A DNA stretch of 64,000 nucleotides from Eledone cirrhosa (lineage: Eukaryota), in contig OZ024751.1 of NCBI GenBank assembly GCA_964016885.1, forward strand, positions 38,626,001 to 38,690,000, given 5' to 3'. Positions 1-15,094 of this stretch are shown here, piece by piece. Every line of letters begins with the position of its first letter. The first letter of the stretch is position 1. The notes under the pieces are model-generated. The model had not been told where the DNA came from. It saw nothing but the letters and a program-made list of their open reading frames with translations, and made no database searches. A program made the translations under genes and the position numbers.

Positions 1-4
1 CTAT

Positions 5-205
5 CTCAGTTCATATCTACCACGATTAACTTTGTCTTTCATCGATTTGACTGCGATAAAAAAAAAGGTACAAATCACGGACTGGGGTCGATTCTTCTTC
101 TATACCTCTTCCTCAATTCTATTCTATTCTCTGGAAGAAATCAGCTGTATTGAGGCCTGGATGGGAGATGGGCTCCACCGAGTTTTAAAATGTTCTAGAA
201 AAGAT
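5..205 (+). mobile_element. Old SINE-related dispersed repeat
   Basis: Shares aactttgtctttcatc, gactgggg..gtcgattcttcttcta and gttttaaaatg..ctagaaa in order with 42541-42721. Confidence 0.55.
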
Positions 206-726
206 GTATATTAATACGGTGCCCTACAAATCCCTCATTAGTTACAGGACCCTGCATTCATGCATATTCATTTCTATAGAAGCCTGACTTTGGTACGGTA
301 ACATGATTTGAGGAAACTTATTTCTAGTTTATCGAGCTTAGCTCCTCCAATGCTATTACATACTTTAATAATACTTTTAATAACTACGTATGAGGAGATT
401 AGGCAATAGCACAAAATAATTACCGAAAGTTTTTAACAGCAAGATCGAAACAAGAAACCCATGATATTCCATCAAACGACATAACATTGTCAAGGTGGAA
501 CTGTATTTATCACTAATACATTAATACATATAACAAGGTACTTATGACTAGGTAACCCCTTCTTTAAAATAAATCACAGCAAACAAACTTATATCGCATA
601 CATTCTGAAATGTATAAATATATAATTATATACAAATACACATACATACACATATGTATACATACCTATATGTACACACATATATACACACATACATTAC
701 ATACATACATACCTCTAAACATACAC

Positions 727-814
<88 letters not shown>

Positions 815-824
815 TTCATAGATG

Positions 825-860
<36 letters not shown>

Positions 861-1484
861 CATACGTGCATATACATTACATACATACATATATAGATAT
901 ATAAATATACATACATTACATACATATACATACATATATACATACATATACATACATACACCCATACATACATATATATAAATAAAGTGTGTGCTTGTGG
1001 TTATGTGAATGTGTACGTGGTATGCATCCATTTCAAGGTACACGAGGGGGTATACCATAATCTCTATGTTTATGTATGTGTTCATATTCATCATAGCGCC
1101 ATCTTGTCATCAAATACACAAAGGTGAAGAGAAGGAAGAACCACAAAGAAAATATTTTGCATAACCAACACAAAATAAAAGCAGACAATACAGGGAAACA
1201 TATTAAAATATTGTTATTGTTGTTGGGGTCAATATAAAGATATATACAGAATACAGGCACCGATATATAATATAGATATTAACATATGTTATTTGAACAT
1301 ATCATTCATGTAGATTTCTATAATTTTTTGTAGGTTTACATAAATGCAAATATATATATACACACTATAGTTAGATGTGAATATGTACGCATAAACATAT
1401 AGATACATACATTTACGTTTGTACTTATATATAACTCATAAAGTTCTGCATGTAAATATATATGGATATGTAGATATGTATTTG

Positions 1485-1528
<44 letters not shown>

Positions 1529-1589
1529 CATCAAATTTGTCATAGAAACGTGTGCGAATATCCTTGAGTATGTAGATATATACTGGTTT

Positions 1590-1622
1590 ATGATTGCATA
1601 TATATATATATATATATAATAT

Positions 1623-1686
<64 letters not shown>

Positions 1687-1741
1687 ATTATATATATATA
1701 TATAATATATATATATATATAATATAATATATATATATATA

Positions 1742-1784
<43 letters not shown>

Positions 1785-1811
1785 AAATATATATATATAT
1801 ATATATAATAT

Positions 1812-1860
<49 letters not shown>
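1590..1860. repeat. Interrupted (TA)n array
   Basis: Direct reading. Many similar tracts occur window-wide (e.g. 5773-5888, 51825-51975). Confidence 0.95.
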
Positions 1861-2321
1861 GAAGAGGAAGAGAATGGTAAAGAAGGAGAGTGTAAGGGAG
1901 AAAAACAGAGCAGTGAAGAAAGAACCTAGAAGTATATGATCGCTGCTAATGTAAAAATGTGTACTGGGAGACACTTACAATGATCGGTGCAGCCATGCTT
2001 CCTATATATATACATCAGTTGGGATTACAATGCTATAGATCTAATAGAGATATAGAAATGGATTGCGATCTCTGCAAGAATAACTATGGTATGTTTGAAA
2101 CAATTCTCTGTAGTGTACAGATTATGAAAGACATAAGCAGAGATGAAGATCCCACACTACCTCAGTAATTCAATGTGTCACTTTGATCTAAATAAAACAG
2201 GCGTGAGAGAGTTAAAGTAAGCCAACCTGTTATGAACATAATAAAATGCTGAAAAAGAGTACTCCACTGATTTGCGGTCTCACTGGGCCCGGCAGCGCAG
2301 ATTGTGTGTGTATATATATAC

Positions 2322-2407
<86 letters not shown>

Positions 2408-5400
2408 CTATATGTTTGTGTGTGTTGTGGTGGGAAGAAATATATGTATATGCAATAAGTTTTATTGATAATATATTGTAGATTTTCTTACTATTCTTAT
2501 AAAAAAATATATCCGATGTGAAAACTAACAGAATGGTTCATCTGCTCTTTATCATAGCATCCTACGATGTGTGTGATGACACTGGTACCAGTCACCACTT
2601 TCTGCTGTAATATCAAATGGCTATGTAGGAGGCGCGTTTATGATAGATGACTACTAGATTTATATAAAATAATTTGATATAAAAAATATTATGACATTAT
2701 GGCAGATTATATAAATATTTCTGATAATTTAATTTTACAAAAATATAAAGAAATCCATTGGCTCGTTTTCTATTAGCAAGACATTTTTCTTTTCGTGTTT
2801 CCTTTTCTTGGTTTTCTTGACAAGACAAATGTTTAAAATGAAGTGTCGGTCATTTATATCTTTTATTATGATATCAACATATCAATAATCATAGAATGCA
2901 TAAATGCATGTCTAAGTTACTAATGGCTCGTCTGCAAATGTCGTTTGAAAAGTTCACTTTTAAATTGTTTTACACAAACCTAAAAATAAAGCAATACATT
3001 TTTTTTTAAATATCACTTCTTCAGGATCAGTTATAACACCATGGTTTTGCGTAGACACGAGTCGTTATGCAATTACCAATTCCTTGGCTATTAATTCATT
3101 CAATCAATGTTAAAAATGCCTAAAATAAAAACAAAACAGGGAAATGGAATGTCTTAACCTGTTGTAAAATATATAATCTCGATTTTCCAGTTTACGACTT
3201 CAATTAATATCATAATACAATTATAGCTATAAACTTTAGCGTGTAGTTATTGCCAATTTTCTTATTTCTTTTTCTCAATTTCTCATTTATTACTTCAATT
3301 TCTTAATTTTCAAATTATTATTAACTTTTTCGAAATGATATTAAATAACAAAAAGTAATGAAACTATTTCCAAGAGATTTGCTAATTATATTATTTATTA
3401 TTATTGTTTTTAGGAAGCTAATATGATTTAGAATGTTACATTTGCAAATGATGTTTTATTTTTCTGTTTCTATAAATGGCTGCTTATTAATATGAAGCAT
3501 AATATAATTTTATGGCGTAGTATTCTGTTTCAGTGTAATTTTAACATTGGGAATATAACATAAGACTAAATATAGGCACCGAATTTAATGTTTGGTGATA
3601 TACTACAAATGAAACTTATCAAATATATCATAATTAGTATGGGTACACAATCATCTTACAGTATACCTATGAACTTTGATGCTTTTCCCAAAACATTTAG
3701 TTTGAAATTGATAGAAATATATGATATAATTTACTTCAAAATAATGTATATTTGTAATATTAGAATATGTTTATTTGTAGGATTTACAATATTCAAAATA
3801 GTAATTGATGGAACACTAGTACAAAACCATTTTGTAACTAGAATTCTGAAGGTGATTTTGAAGTCTCACATTGGGTGTTCCTTTTATCTATATTTGTAGC
3901 CAAATTATGTAGAAAGCCCCTCATATCAGAATTAAGGAGGCATTGTCTAACTAAGAAGGCATCTTGTCTAAGAGAAAACAAGTATGTAATATGTTTTTAT
4001 GAAAATCCAAAATTAGTATATGATTATGTGCTTTTACAAAGAAATGATGAAAGGTTTCACGCAGATCCTTTTGTTAAACTCTGATTGTGTTGACGGTACA
4101 CAATATCCAGGGTTCTGATCAAACCAGTAGAAAACTGAACATTACAATCATTCGAACAGTACACATTTTACTTATGTAAATACTATAATGCTACGATGTA
4201 TTTATCTTTCATACACTGAGCCCTGAAATCCTAATGGAACCATACACTCATATTCATGACACAGGGTTTTCTTTGGGAATTTGACCCTAACAGAGCCCAT
4301 AACTGTCCAGGTTTCATCTTCCTCCTCCACCGAGAAGCTAATAAACTGGTAATGTATTGTACGAAATCGAATGGCTGAACGTCCTTGCTGACCTCAACGG
4401 GGCATGAACTCAGAGACAGAGACAGGGAACGAATTCCATAAAATATTTTATCCGATGCCCAAACAAAATTGCTAATTTGCCTCTCCTACGATTGATTCAG
4501 CAAAGATAATTTAAATACATTTGTTTGTCAAATATCAGTAACCTTAATTTGGAACGTAAATTAATTTGCTTAGCTGCATTCCGTTTAGAATACTTAAGAA
4601 ACACGATGAATTAAATTTTGATAAAATTATTAAATTCAATTAAAAACCATTTTACATGAAACGACTTCAAATATATCATGATGATACGATTATTCAAAGA
4701 TTGCAATGATACGCACTGCATGCAGATTCTCTATCAGACCATTTCAATATATTTCATATTTTTATAATGTATTTCAAATATGATATTTTGATTATTAGCC
4801 TATAATAAAAATGAGTGGCTGAAATTATTGATTTATTTTATTGTATGGAAGATTCCACACTTAACACTATACAACATTTCACTTTGGTTACAACTTGCTG
4901 TGTTCAATTTCCATCATAACCATTAATAATCTCACATTTCACATAAGGCAGTTTGATCAAATATTTTAACCACAAACGAATCGTGTAAAATATTTCTATA
5001 TATTGTGTATAACTTGTAAAATATTAAATCAGCAAAAGTTAATTTAAAAATTCAGATTAATTCAATCTGTATAATGTTGAATCGTGTCTAGATGTTACGA
5101 CACTCGAATTGTTTGGCGGAGGGGCAGTTTCTTTTACTCAGTGCTGAATTGGAGACGAGTGGAATAATAGAAATATATAAGTTGTAAATCTTACAACATA
5201 TATTAGCTAGCTGTGTGATAAATATAAATTATTGCTGGTAGACGTCATGAACCGCCCAATTAGGTCATGGCATATTGTTATTTGGGAATATTTCGCAGGT
5301 GTAAACAGTGTCTGTATCTGGTATCCGATTTGGTGAGTATCGTCCTCTCTTTCTTGAACGCGCTTAGGATGCTCTGAAAAGTGACATAGGTGCTCCATAT

Positions 5401-5768
5401 ATTCTCTCATCTCTCACTAAATTCATACTACCGTTTTGGATAATTTAAAGAGGTTCAGGAAAATGTTTGTCGTGACACAAAAATAAAAAAAAAAGTATAA
5501 ACTTGAGACTAAACATCATAATATAGATCCCCACTATAATTATCCACAGATTCAGCCCCATATTTGCACCCAGAATGAACTGTCAGAATATTTAGAATAT
5601 ATTCTATTTCAATATGTTTTGTACCAGAAAAATTGACATTAAAATTGTATTGACAATTAGTGCTAATTGTTTAAAATGTGTATGAGTGTGTGTATATGTG
5701 AATACTAATGAAAAGAAACACATACATATACACTCACACATAAAGACACATTATACACACACTCACAC

Positions 5769-5891
<123 letters not shown>

Positions 5892-6737
5892 ATCCACATA
5901 CATATGTAGATTGATAGATATACGTATCTGTAGACACTTGATCTATGTATACGTATGTTGTGTGCTGTTTAACGAACGAGAGGAAGGAAGTGGGTTAGTC
6001 AGTCTCTTTTACACACACATGTAAAACATACACATATACAAGCACAAACTCGAACAAACACACACGCACATAGTCTTACACTGACACATAGTATTCACGT
6101 TCGAGTAAATACTCTCCATGCGTCGCTGAGTATTTATCCGAATGTGATGGAGACATACACAATCAAACAGACTTCAAAAGAGGAAAAATGTATGCAAAAG
6201 ACATCATATCTAAATATATGTGTTTTCATAAAGAAGTGTATGTGTATTGGTCTGTTACTGTCTGGCCGTAAGTTGGTGTATATTTCTATATATGTGGACT
6301 AGTGTGTTAGCGTCTGCGTATGTGTCGTGTCTGGTAGTGTGGAAGTGAGTGGGAGAGCATTTATGACCGAATTTGTGAAATATATATACACTATAGCATA
6401 AAGCATATTTGTATATAATAGCCAAACATAGCGAATATTTGCATTACATGAATAGGAAACGAATAAAACGGTGATATTTGATTCCGAAATGGATCAAAAC
6501 CTCCTTGAGGCAATATTTTTCCATAAATAAATACGTAAACACAAACACGCTCATACATCTACACACACACACACACATATGTCTATATATATATACATAT
6601 GTATTTATATACATATATATATGTATGTTTATATATATGTATATATACACACACCACACACACATATATATATGTGTATATATATATATGTGTTTATATG
6701 TATATATATATACGTATATATATATATATATATATAC

Positions 6738-6806
<69 letters not shown>

Positions 6807-7319
6807 TAGAGTTGGTTTCATTTTCAGTGAGAAAAAATTTTGGCAACACCTATATTCCTATTTGTACGGCTAAATAACAGGTCTTTTGTTCTGTCGACTG
6901 GAAACGACACGCCACTGGCAAAGATACGGTCGCGTTTTAATAACAAATTGACCAGACTCAGGGACTTCCATAACGTCTTACGTTACTAGTACACCAACTA
7001 AAGTCGTTTCATTGTTTCCAGCTTAAAGCCTCAGGAAATACTGGTAGCTTATTGCAAACTAGAGAGCCTATAATTTGTAAACCAACATGGCAGACAACAT
7101 TTCGCTTGTATGGACGATTGGCAATGCTCCCGAGATTTTTTACAAGATATATTGCAGTTGTAATAAATAGTATTTCGATCTCTCTTGTATTTCTGTTCTG
7201 TTCTTGTCAATTTTGTACACAATATTAGTTATATCTTCTATTTAGTGCGTTAGTATAAAAATTTTGGATAATTTCCATTTCAATATACATGGGTATATAT
7301 AAACATACATACATGTATA

Positions 7320-7366
<47 letters not shown>

Positions 7367-7598
7367 ATATATATAGGTGTGTGTATATATAGATTTACAT
7401 AAATGTGTATGTATATATATATATATGTATGCATATGCGTATAATTGACTATAAATGTAGATACAGTTGGTAAACATACAGCGAGAGTAACAATATTAAA
7501 TATGTATATGTGTGTGTAAATATATATATAATAGAGAGAGAAATGTAAATGAGAAAGAGGAAGAGCAATAGAAAGATATATATATATATATATATATA

Positions 7599-7702
7599 GC
7601 ACTCCTTGTGGTTTTGATTGCCCTGATGAGTCCTCAATAGGACGAAACATTGTTGGCTAATAAAGACTTTTGATGTATTGAAGGCTTCTTTGTTTTATTT
7701 TC

Positions 7703-7706
<4 letters not shown>
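7599..7706 (+). mobile_element. ~108-bp mini-element in (TA)n: minimal hammerhead + AATAAA + tail
   Basis: GCC-CTGATGA-GTCCT(caat)AGGAC-GAAA-C(att)GTT-GGC at 7620-7657; AATAAA 7659-7664; TA tracts on both sides. Confidence 0.75.
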
Positions 7707-7788
<82 letters not shown>

Positions 7789-7908
7789 AATGGGAACCAC
7801 GAGAGAGGAATTTAAAATATATCCTGACGAGGATATACATATATATACGTATATTCGTGAATATATATTTGTGTGAGTGTTTGTATATATATATATATGT
7901 GTGTGTGC

Positions 7909-8014
<106 letters not shown>

Positions 8015-11000
8015 TTAAGGTTAAATACCCTCTAATAGCCAAACATCTCAATGAAAGAAATCTCTCAGAGAAGCAATATTTTATTTTAAAATTAAATCAG
8101 AAAAACTCAAATTCTGGGATTATGATCAAGATGGACGAAAATATATTTACTATATAACTTCGGTGATATAAAGCTCTACATATAACGGTTTTCTATGTGC
8201 TTTTGCTGATTATATTACAGGTCAAGCATAGGTGTTAAAGAGTCAAGTGCTTTTCAATTCCGATCTAGCCTCATTTCAAAATGTATTATCAGCTCGTCCA
8301 ATCACCACGAGACATCCCATCTCACCTGAGATCAGACCAGGAAAACATACTCATACTGTTTGTCGTATCTCACCAATACTGCGCGTATCTTCGGCACATT
8401 TTTTAACACGATATATTTCTGAAGTATGTCAATGAATTTGGTGAGCTGTATCCTACGTGTCATCTGCAAATATATGTTCACTCAAACAGTAATACAATCA
8501 ACCAACTCATCTCGCATATGTTTAAACAATTATATAAATCTATCGCCATATTCTAAGAGAAATCCTGCACAAAAGTTATGAATTGTATTGCTGTAAATTT
8601 CATCTGATGGTCACCTTGGAAATGTGTGATGAAGACGTTTCAAGTTTAGAACACGTTAATTTCTAAAAATATGAACGTTGGTTACGAATATAACACCGTA
8701 CAAAGAATTATTTCAGTCTGTTTTCGGTTTTGTCTGATAAATATATTTTATTTTAGTTTAGCATCCTTCTACCTTAAGCTAAGAATTTTATTGAAACATC
8801 AAAACATTCCTTAATTGAAGACATAGGAAATATTTGACAAATCAAAAATCAAAAATCAAAAGATGCATTCTTAATTAAAGCCGAAAACGAAATCAAGCTA
8901 TAAAAATCTTCTCTGTAAACTGTAAAGCGGTAACACACAAATAGATAGAATATATTCTAGATATACACACAAAGACATCATGAAATCTGCAGTTAAAATT
9001 CAATTTAAAAATGGAATTCCTATTTACAAGGAAGTTATATTTTTGTGAGATTTTTCAAAAATGACTGAGAGCGATTAATAAGCTATACATGACATTGAAA
9101 TCTATTCAGAAGCAAAGCAAATGCTTGAAATCAATATAACAGTTTTCCAAAATAAATTAATATAAAATCAGACAGATGCTTGAAAATAAAATATAAATAT
9201 AGGTAGAAATTAATTAAATTAAACTTTATCTACCAAATGGCCTGCAGATAATGTTTGTAATTATCTACAAGAGGAAAAACTCACTTTTATTAAATTAATA
9301 TCAAGTAAAATGGAAATAATTAATAGGATTTAAAACACTTAGGAAACATTTTGAAATATATTGTCTATATGAAAAAATATTGTTACGATCAAAAATGATG
9401 TTATATTATTAGTATCATTATTATTATCATCTAAAATTATTGCAATGTGTTAATGCTGTTATTTTTAAACTTGCTTGAATGAAGAGAAACAAGAATTATG
9501 CCATGGAACTTAAAGGAGAAAACAAAAAACACAGAACAAGTTATCTGCTGAGATTCTTAATTTCCAAGAAGGAATTTACATCTAAGTACTTGTTATAACA
9601 TGAGAAATTTTAATCTAAATTGAAATATATATTTATGGAAATAGTATCGTTCTTAAAATAATGTAAGTGTTAATCCATTGAGGTGCAGGAATCTGACACA
9701 CACATATATACATATATATACACACATACATACATATATATACGTACATACATCCATACACACATATATATATGAGAAGGGGAAAAAGAGAGAGAAATGG
9801 ATGGATACACTGCGCATCCACTCAATTTTACTCTAGATGCATCTGTCAATTAAAGGCTATTGTAGGTGACCATTGCACAAGATATCAAACAATGGGACTG
9901 AACCTTAAATCACGGTGTGGTGAAGCGAAATCCGTAAACACTCACTCGTATATATATTAAAATAATTTAGAGAATTTTAAACGAAACGTTTCAGATTTAC
10001 TCATAAAATGAATTGAATTAGAAGGATGTGTGGTAAAATATTCCTTCTTAGAATTAACCATAACGTATTTTACTTATAGGACATCCAAATTAAATTATGG
10101 ATGATTATTAAGATTACAACTTTCATGATATCAGACAGGATTATAAGAGGAATGGATTCTAATTCTGTCACAAGTTTAACAACTATTTTGTTGTTGTTGT
10201 TATTGTATGAGGAAAGTAGCGAATATTGCATCGAAAAGTTTTCACCGGCATGATTTGAACTCAGAATAGAAGGAGCCGGAACACAAGCTACAAAACATCA
10301 CACCCGACGCGCTGACGTTTCTGTTAAAACGAAATAACATTAACAAAAACAATTATTATTATTATTATTATTATTATGGTGAGGAAAATGATAAATCTGA
10401 TAGTCGTAAAGATATTGGTGATGGACGAGAAAGGGAATTAGGGAAAGCATGAAGGAAGCGAACGATTCTGTAATGAAATATAACAGGACCAATAAAATTA
10501 CATAGTAGCACATTAATTATGTGATCAATGCCTGTTTAAAAAAGCCCTCCCCTCATAAACGTTTTCCTGCAACTATAACGTTAATCTCTATAGAGAGTAG
10601 GAACACATTAGTAGTTGTGCACACGAGAAATGTGTCTTTATCAAGAATAATAGTTAGGTGAATTAATCTTTTAAGACTATCCCATCGCATGATTGTTTTG
10701 TTGTGTTTAAATATTTTTTTATTTTTAAACATAGAAATCGCATTAGATACTCTGACACATGGACATTATGAATTTTGTTTGATATTTCTTTCTTCTTCAT
10801 TAATTATAATTAATTTAACTATAAAATAAACAGAAAAATGATTTTAGCTCCGATAACATTGTAGACGTCATTGCCTAGCCAAGCACTATCTAGTGTATAA
10901 AATATGATTTAATTTTTTTCAAAAATTATGTTGCTTACAATTGTAAAGAGACAGTGCACAGACTATTAAAGTTTCTATCTGATATTTTTTCCAGTAAAAC

Positions 11001-11403
11001 TATTTTTTGTATTTTTCTCACCATTTTATAGATAAGATGATTAGTTATCAGGCCTACGTTGTGTATTCCAATCGTTTTGTTTATCGGTTTAATCTGGGTT
11101 GTGAGGTATTGGTGGGAAGTTTGTATCCTAATCCACTATATCCATAAATTTAGTCACCAGAGAATTATATTCAAATGCTCGAAAACTAAAACCACAGAAA
11201 CGAAGAAGTTATCAGTGGCGACAAATCAAAAGCAAACACATTAAGTAAAATCGCAGGTGACTCATATGTAAAGTAATATTCTATTATGTAATATTTCAAA
11301 CACTGCACTGGTGTAACGATGTTTTCTAATTTAAGCACAGGAATAGAAATTCCGCGGAGGGGAAAGGTTGCCTAAATTGAGCCCGAATACTTGAAAAGTA
11401 CAT

Positions 11404-11472
11404 TTCATTCAGCGCATCTCCCTCGCTATCCTCCGTGGTATCGCATTCGAGATTCTGTCCACCGTGAGTATG
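11404..11472 (+). mobile_element. CRE-like (RLE-type) non-LTR retrotransposon C-terminal fragment
   Basis: Translates FIQRISLAILRGIAFEILST, close to the QRISxAxxRGNA terminal motif; locally GC-rich. Confidence 0.55.
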
Positions 11473-12068
11473 TGTGAGGATGTAAGGTACGTATTACTTC
11501 GGAAAAATATTAAATAATTTTAAGGCTGGAGTGACTTATTCAAGGAAGGCTGTCTGATTAAGGCATGAAGTGCACAATCTACAGAGAGCTTTCCTTCCTC
11601 GCAAAATTTAAGTGGTAAATCCTTCGAGGCATTAAGATTCAGTCCTTAACACATACAACAGCCGGTAATATGTCAGTATCCCCATGCAAGCTTATGGGTA
11701 AAAGATAGCTCCATTGGGTATTTGGAAGATTGATTGATAGGGGTGAAGTGTAATTTTATAAGGCTTTTATAAATAGATATTTTGCCAACATTAAATATGG
11801 ACGATTTGATGCGCTGTATACCTCCGCAGAAATAGGGGAAAACTTGTAATATATATATATATATATGTGTGTGTGTATATGTATGTATGTGTATATATAT
11901 AGACATACAATTATTTTTATATATGTATGTCAACAATTGATGTTTGCTGAAATGTGTCTGCGTGTGTCTATCTAATAATGTAACCAGGCCAGTCAGTATA
12001 GTTTCTCTTTCCTTATTGGTATCTATTTCCAGTGGTACTTCCAATTGTGTCAGCTTATCAGGTGACGG

Positions 12069-12114
<46 letters not shown>

Positions 12115-12292
12115 TGATCCAATGATTGATGACGTTAAGAACATGGAATATACTGGAAAAAGGACTGACACAGATTAGTGATTACTATGGTAACAACCTA
12201 ATAGCACTACTGCCCCGAAAGTTATGGCTGGGTAACATATGGACCGTCTGAGCACACACACACACACACACACACACATTATATATATATAT

Positions 12293-13180
12293 AACGAAGG
12301 AAATGTGGTAAGGAACCAGGTGGACCATAACGCACCAAAGTACTCAATACTAATGGTAGTAGAGTGGGTAATAGGAACGAGTAGGACCCCGATGGCTGAG
12401 CTCAAGCCGTTTCGACGGCCAATTCTGGACTAAATGAAAATGTTTATCCTGGTATATGAATAGCCGAGCTTCTCAGGGGGTAATTTCATATATGGTAAAA
12501 GTGATTATCACAAGGATTGGTCAAAAGTTTGTTGTTGAGACACATAATTCTATCATGGCAATTTGTGAAAGGAAGGGGTAGCTGAACCTGCCAGTAGAAG
12601 AAAGAGGGAGAGGGGGTGGAGGAAACCCAGTCGTGCGTAAGATATACTCGGTTGATTACTACTAACTCTTAAAATGGTCTCATTATAATTCCGTCCCACC
12701 TAGTAAATTTTTCTATAGTTTAGCAGTACCAGTGAGAGACTTGATGACTGTCGTTAGGGAATAGTAACCAGAAATTGTTTTTGTTATACCTTTAACATTC
12801 TCGGTATTCTTCTATATATTTACCCCATATTGTTTTACTTATTGTTTCGACTTCCTCCCCCTCCCCCTCCCTAGTATACTTGCTTGACCTCCTGCCCTGC
12901 TGTAGTTGGCACTATCAACGCACGACTGGGTTTCCTCCACCCCCTCTCCCTCTTTCTTCTACTGGCAGGTTCAGCTACCCCTTCCTTCCACAAATTGCCA
13001 TGATAGAATTATGTGTCTCAACAACAAACTTTTGACCAATCCTTGTGATAATCACTTTTACCATATATGAAATTACCCCCTGAGAAGCTCGGCTATTCAT
13101 ATACCAGGATAAAAATGTTCATTTAGTCCAGAATTGGCCGTCGAAACGGCTTGAGCTCAGCCGTTGGGGTCCTACTCGTT

Positions 13181-13185
<5 letters not shown>
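12293..13185. mobile_element. Family A fold-back Penelope-like element with HHR-like motif, between (TA)n tracts
   Basis: 12371-12638 and 12918-13185 are 268-bp inverted arms (~5 mismatches) around a ~280-bp spacer. Left arm has an extra 78-bp tail (12293-12370). TA repeats on both sides. Confidence 0.8.
13075..13170 (+). ncRNA. Type I hammerhead-like ribozyme with long stem II (family A)
   Basis: ACCCC-CTGAGAA-[CGGCT/ATTC...GAAT/GGCCG]-GAAA-CGGCT(tgagctc)AGCC-GTT-GGGGT. Stems I-III all pair. The triplet is GTC in the 45-kb copy. Mirror copy on the minus strand in the left arm. Confidence 0.65.
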
Positions 13186-13240
<55 letters not shown>

Positions 13241-14064
13241 TTTACGGGTTATTACCTGGTACCTTCAAACACTCATCCTCACCGTAATAAAAACATAAAA
13301 GTTAACATTTTCTCCGAGCCCAGACCCTCATCAGGCTTGAGTTTAACCGGGATTCCTTGGGTTTAGACCACTAGCATCATACGATTCAACGAGAAATGGA
13401 GACTTTCGCTCAAAGTCCCAACGTTCCCTACTGGCTATGAATAGATCTCTTAACATTACAATCTTTAGTTTCCAACACCATAAACACTAGACCAGGCGCA
13501 CCATATTCTACTGAACATTTTCAATCGCAATATATCAATATAATCATATTTATATTCTCCTCACTCTACAGTATTTTTATCTTATTTTTTTTTATTATTC
13601 TTTCATATGAAGCTCACATTTTAAACTCCTGCTCCCAAAGTAATATTTATTGCATTTCAGTTGTGGCAATCATTTTATAGATTTATATTTTAACCATCAA
13701 TTTCCTAATATTGCTGTTCACATTTTCCGTTATATATGATTGCCCCTTTTCTCAATCGTTCTCCTTTTACGGCTCTGAATAATATTGCTATATGTCTTTC
13801 TTCTCTCTATATGACGTTATACGGCTTTAAATACACAAACAAACACTTTTAGATAAAACGTATAATAATTATTCTTGCATACGTTGATGGTTTTATAATC
13901 TAAATGTGTGATAAATTTATTTTCATTTTCTTCTTTCGTTTCTTTCAATTTCGTGTTATTTCTTTCTGATTGTGTTTAACCTTTTAATCTGTCAGTACAT
14001 ATTACAATTTATTTTACTCTGTCTATTATTTTCATATTACTTCCGACCAAAAAAAAATTATATA

Positions 14065-14129
<65 letters not shown>

Positions 14130-15094
14130 CAATAAACAAAACACAAATGAAGACACAAAAAACAATTCTTTATCATCATTGTCCAAGTGTCATTCAATTT
14201 GACAAATGTCTCCAATAGTTAAATCTCATATTTGTTTACAATTTTTACTTATTTATTTTTATTTTATTATATTATGATATTTCCTAAATAGATTTAAAGA
14301 AACCGTTTAACGGTTTATCAAATATTGCTATTATATAGAGCCGGAAAAATCACGTGATTTTTCCGCAATAAATACAGACATAGTCGTACATATACATGAA
14401 GCGAAAACTATGCACACTTACTTAACCTGTACGAGAAGAGAGAAAGACTGCTAGAAAGAAAAAGAGACCACGTGAACTGGAAAAAAATAAAGGTATGTGT
14501 AAACTGGAAAGAGAGAGAGGAGGGTGAGATGGACATAGTAAGATGTATAAAGGAAGTGAGAGTGAGGATGATTTGGAAAGAGATGCAGAAACGATGAGAG
14601 AAAAATACACATTAATACATATCAGGAAAATATAACCTTGTCTTGTTACACCAAAATGCGGATTTTCAATCGTTTATAATTATTTATTTATTCAGACCCA
14701 ATCCCTTACCTCCTATATGTATGCATGTATCTATCTATCTATATATAGACTGCGTATGATTGTGTGTGGAAATATACCCCACACATCATGATTATCAGTT
14801 TGTACATGTGCGAGAGTAGTTCAGTCTAAACCATTACCCGTGTCTTCCCTCCCCTGTCACAAATAGATTCATTTCATATCTCCATGAAATGTTTCATTGC
14901 ATATATTAATATATGACACTCATATTGTCCAACCTCCTATCCCACTCGCCTGTCATTTTCTCGGTAACTGTAACTTAAATATGCATGCGGTATTTCTCCA
15001 CTGTCAAGCTATTCTAAATTATTAAACATATTTAATAGGTGTAGAAAATTTGCCCCCTTTTGAACTTTCGGTATGTTTTATACATTTATTGTGG

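Noticed and set aside
5299-5332. Possible micro-exon between ttcgcag and gtgagt
   Set aside because: Weak polypyrimidine tract, no partner exons, no recognisable peptide.
12175-12433. ORFs repeated at 44820-45158 (NEGNVVRNQVDHNAPKYSIL)
   Set aside because: The similarity comes from the non-coding family A repeat, not paralogous genes.
12371-13185. Fold-backs as MITEs/DNA transposons with long TIRs
   Set aside because: Arms are asymmetric (one-sided tail), vary in length within a family, occur as solo 3' ends and contain HHR motifs, which fits PLEs better.
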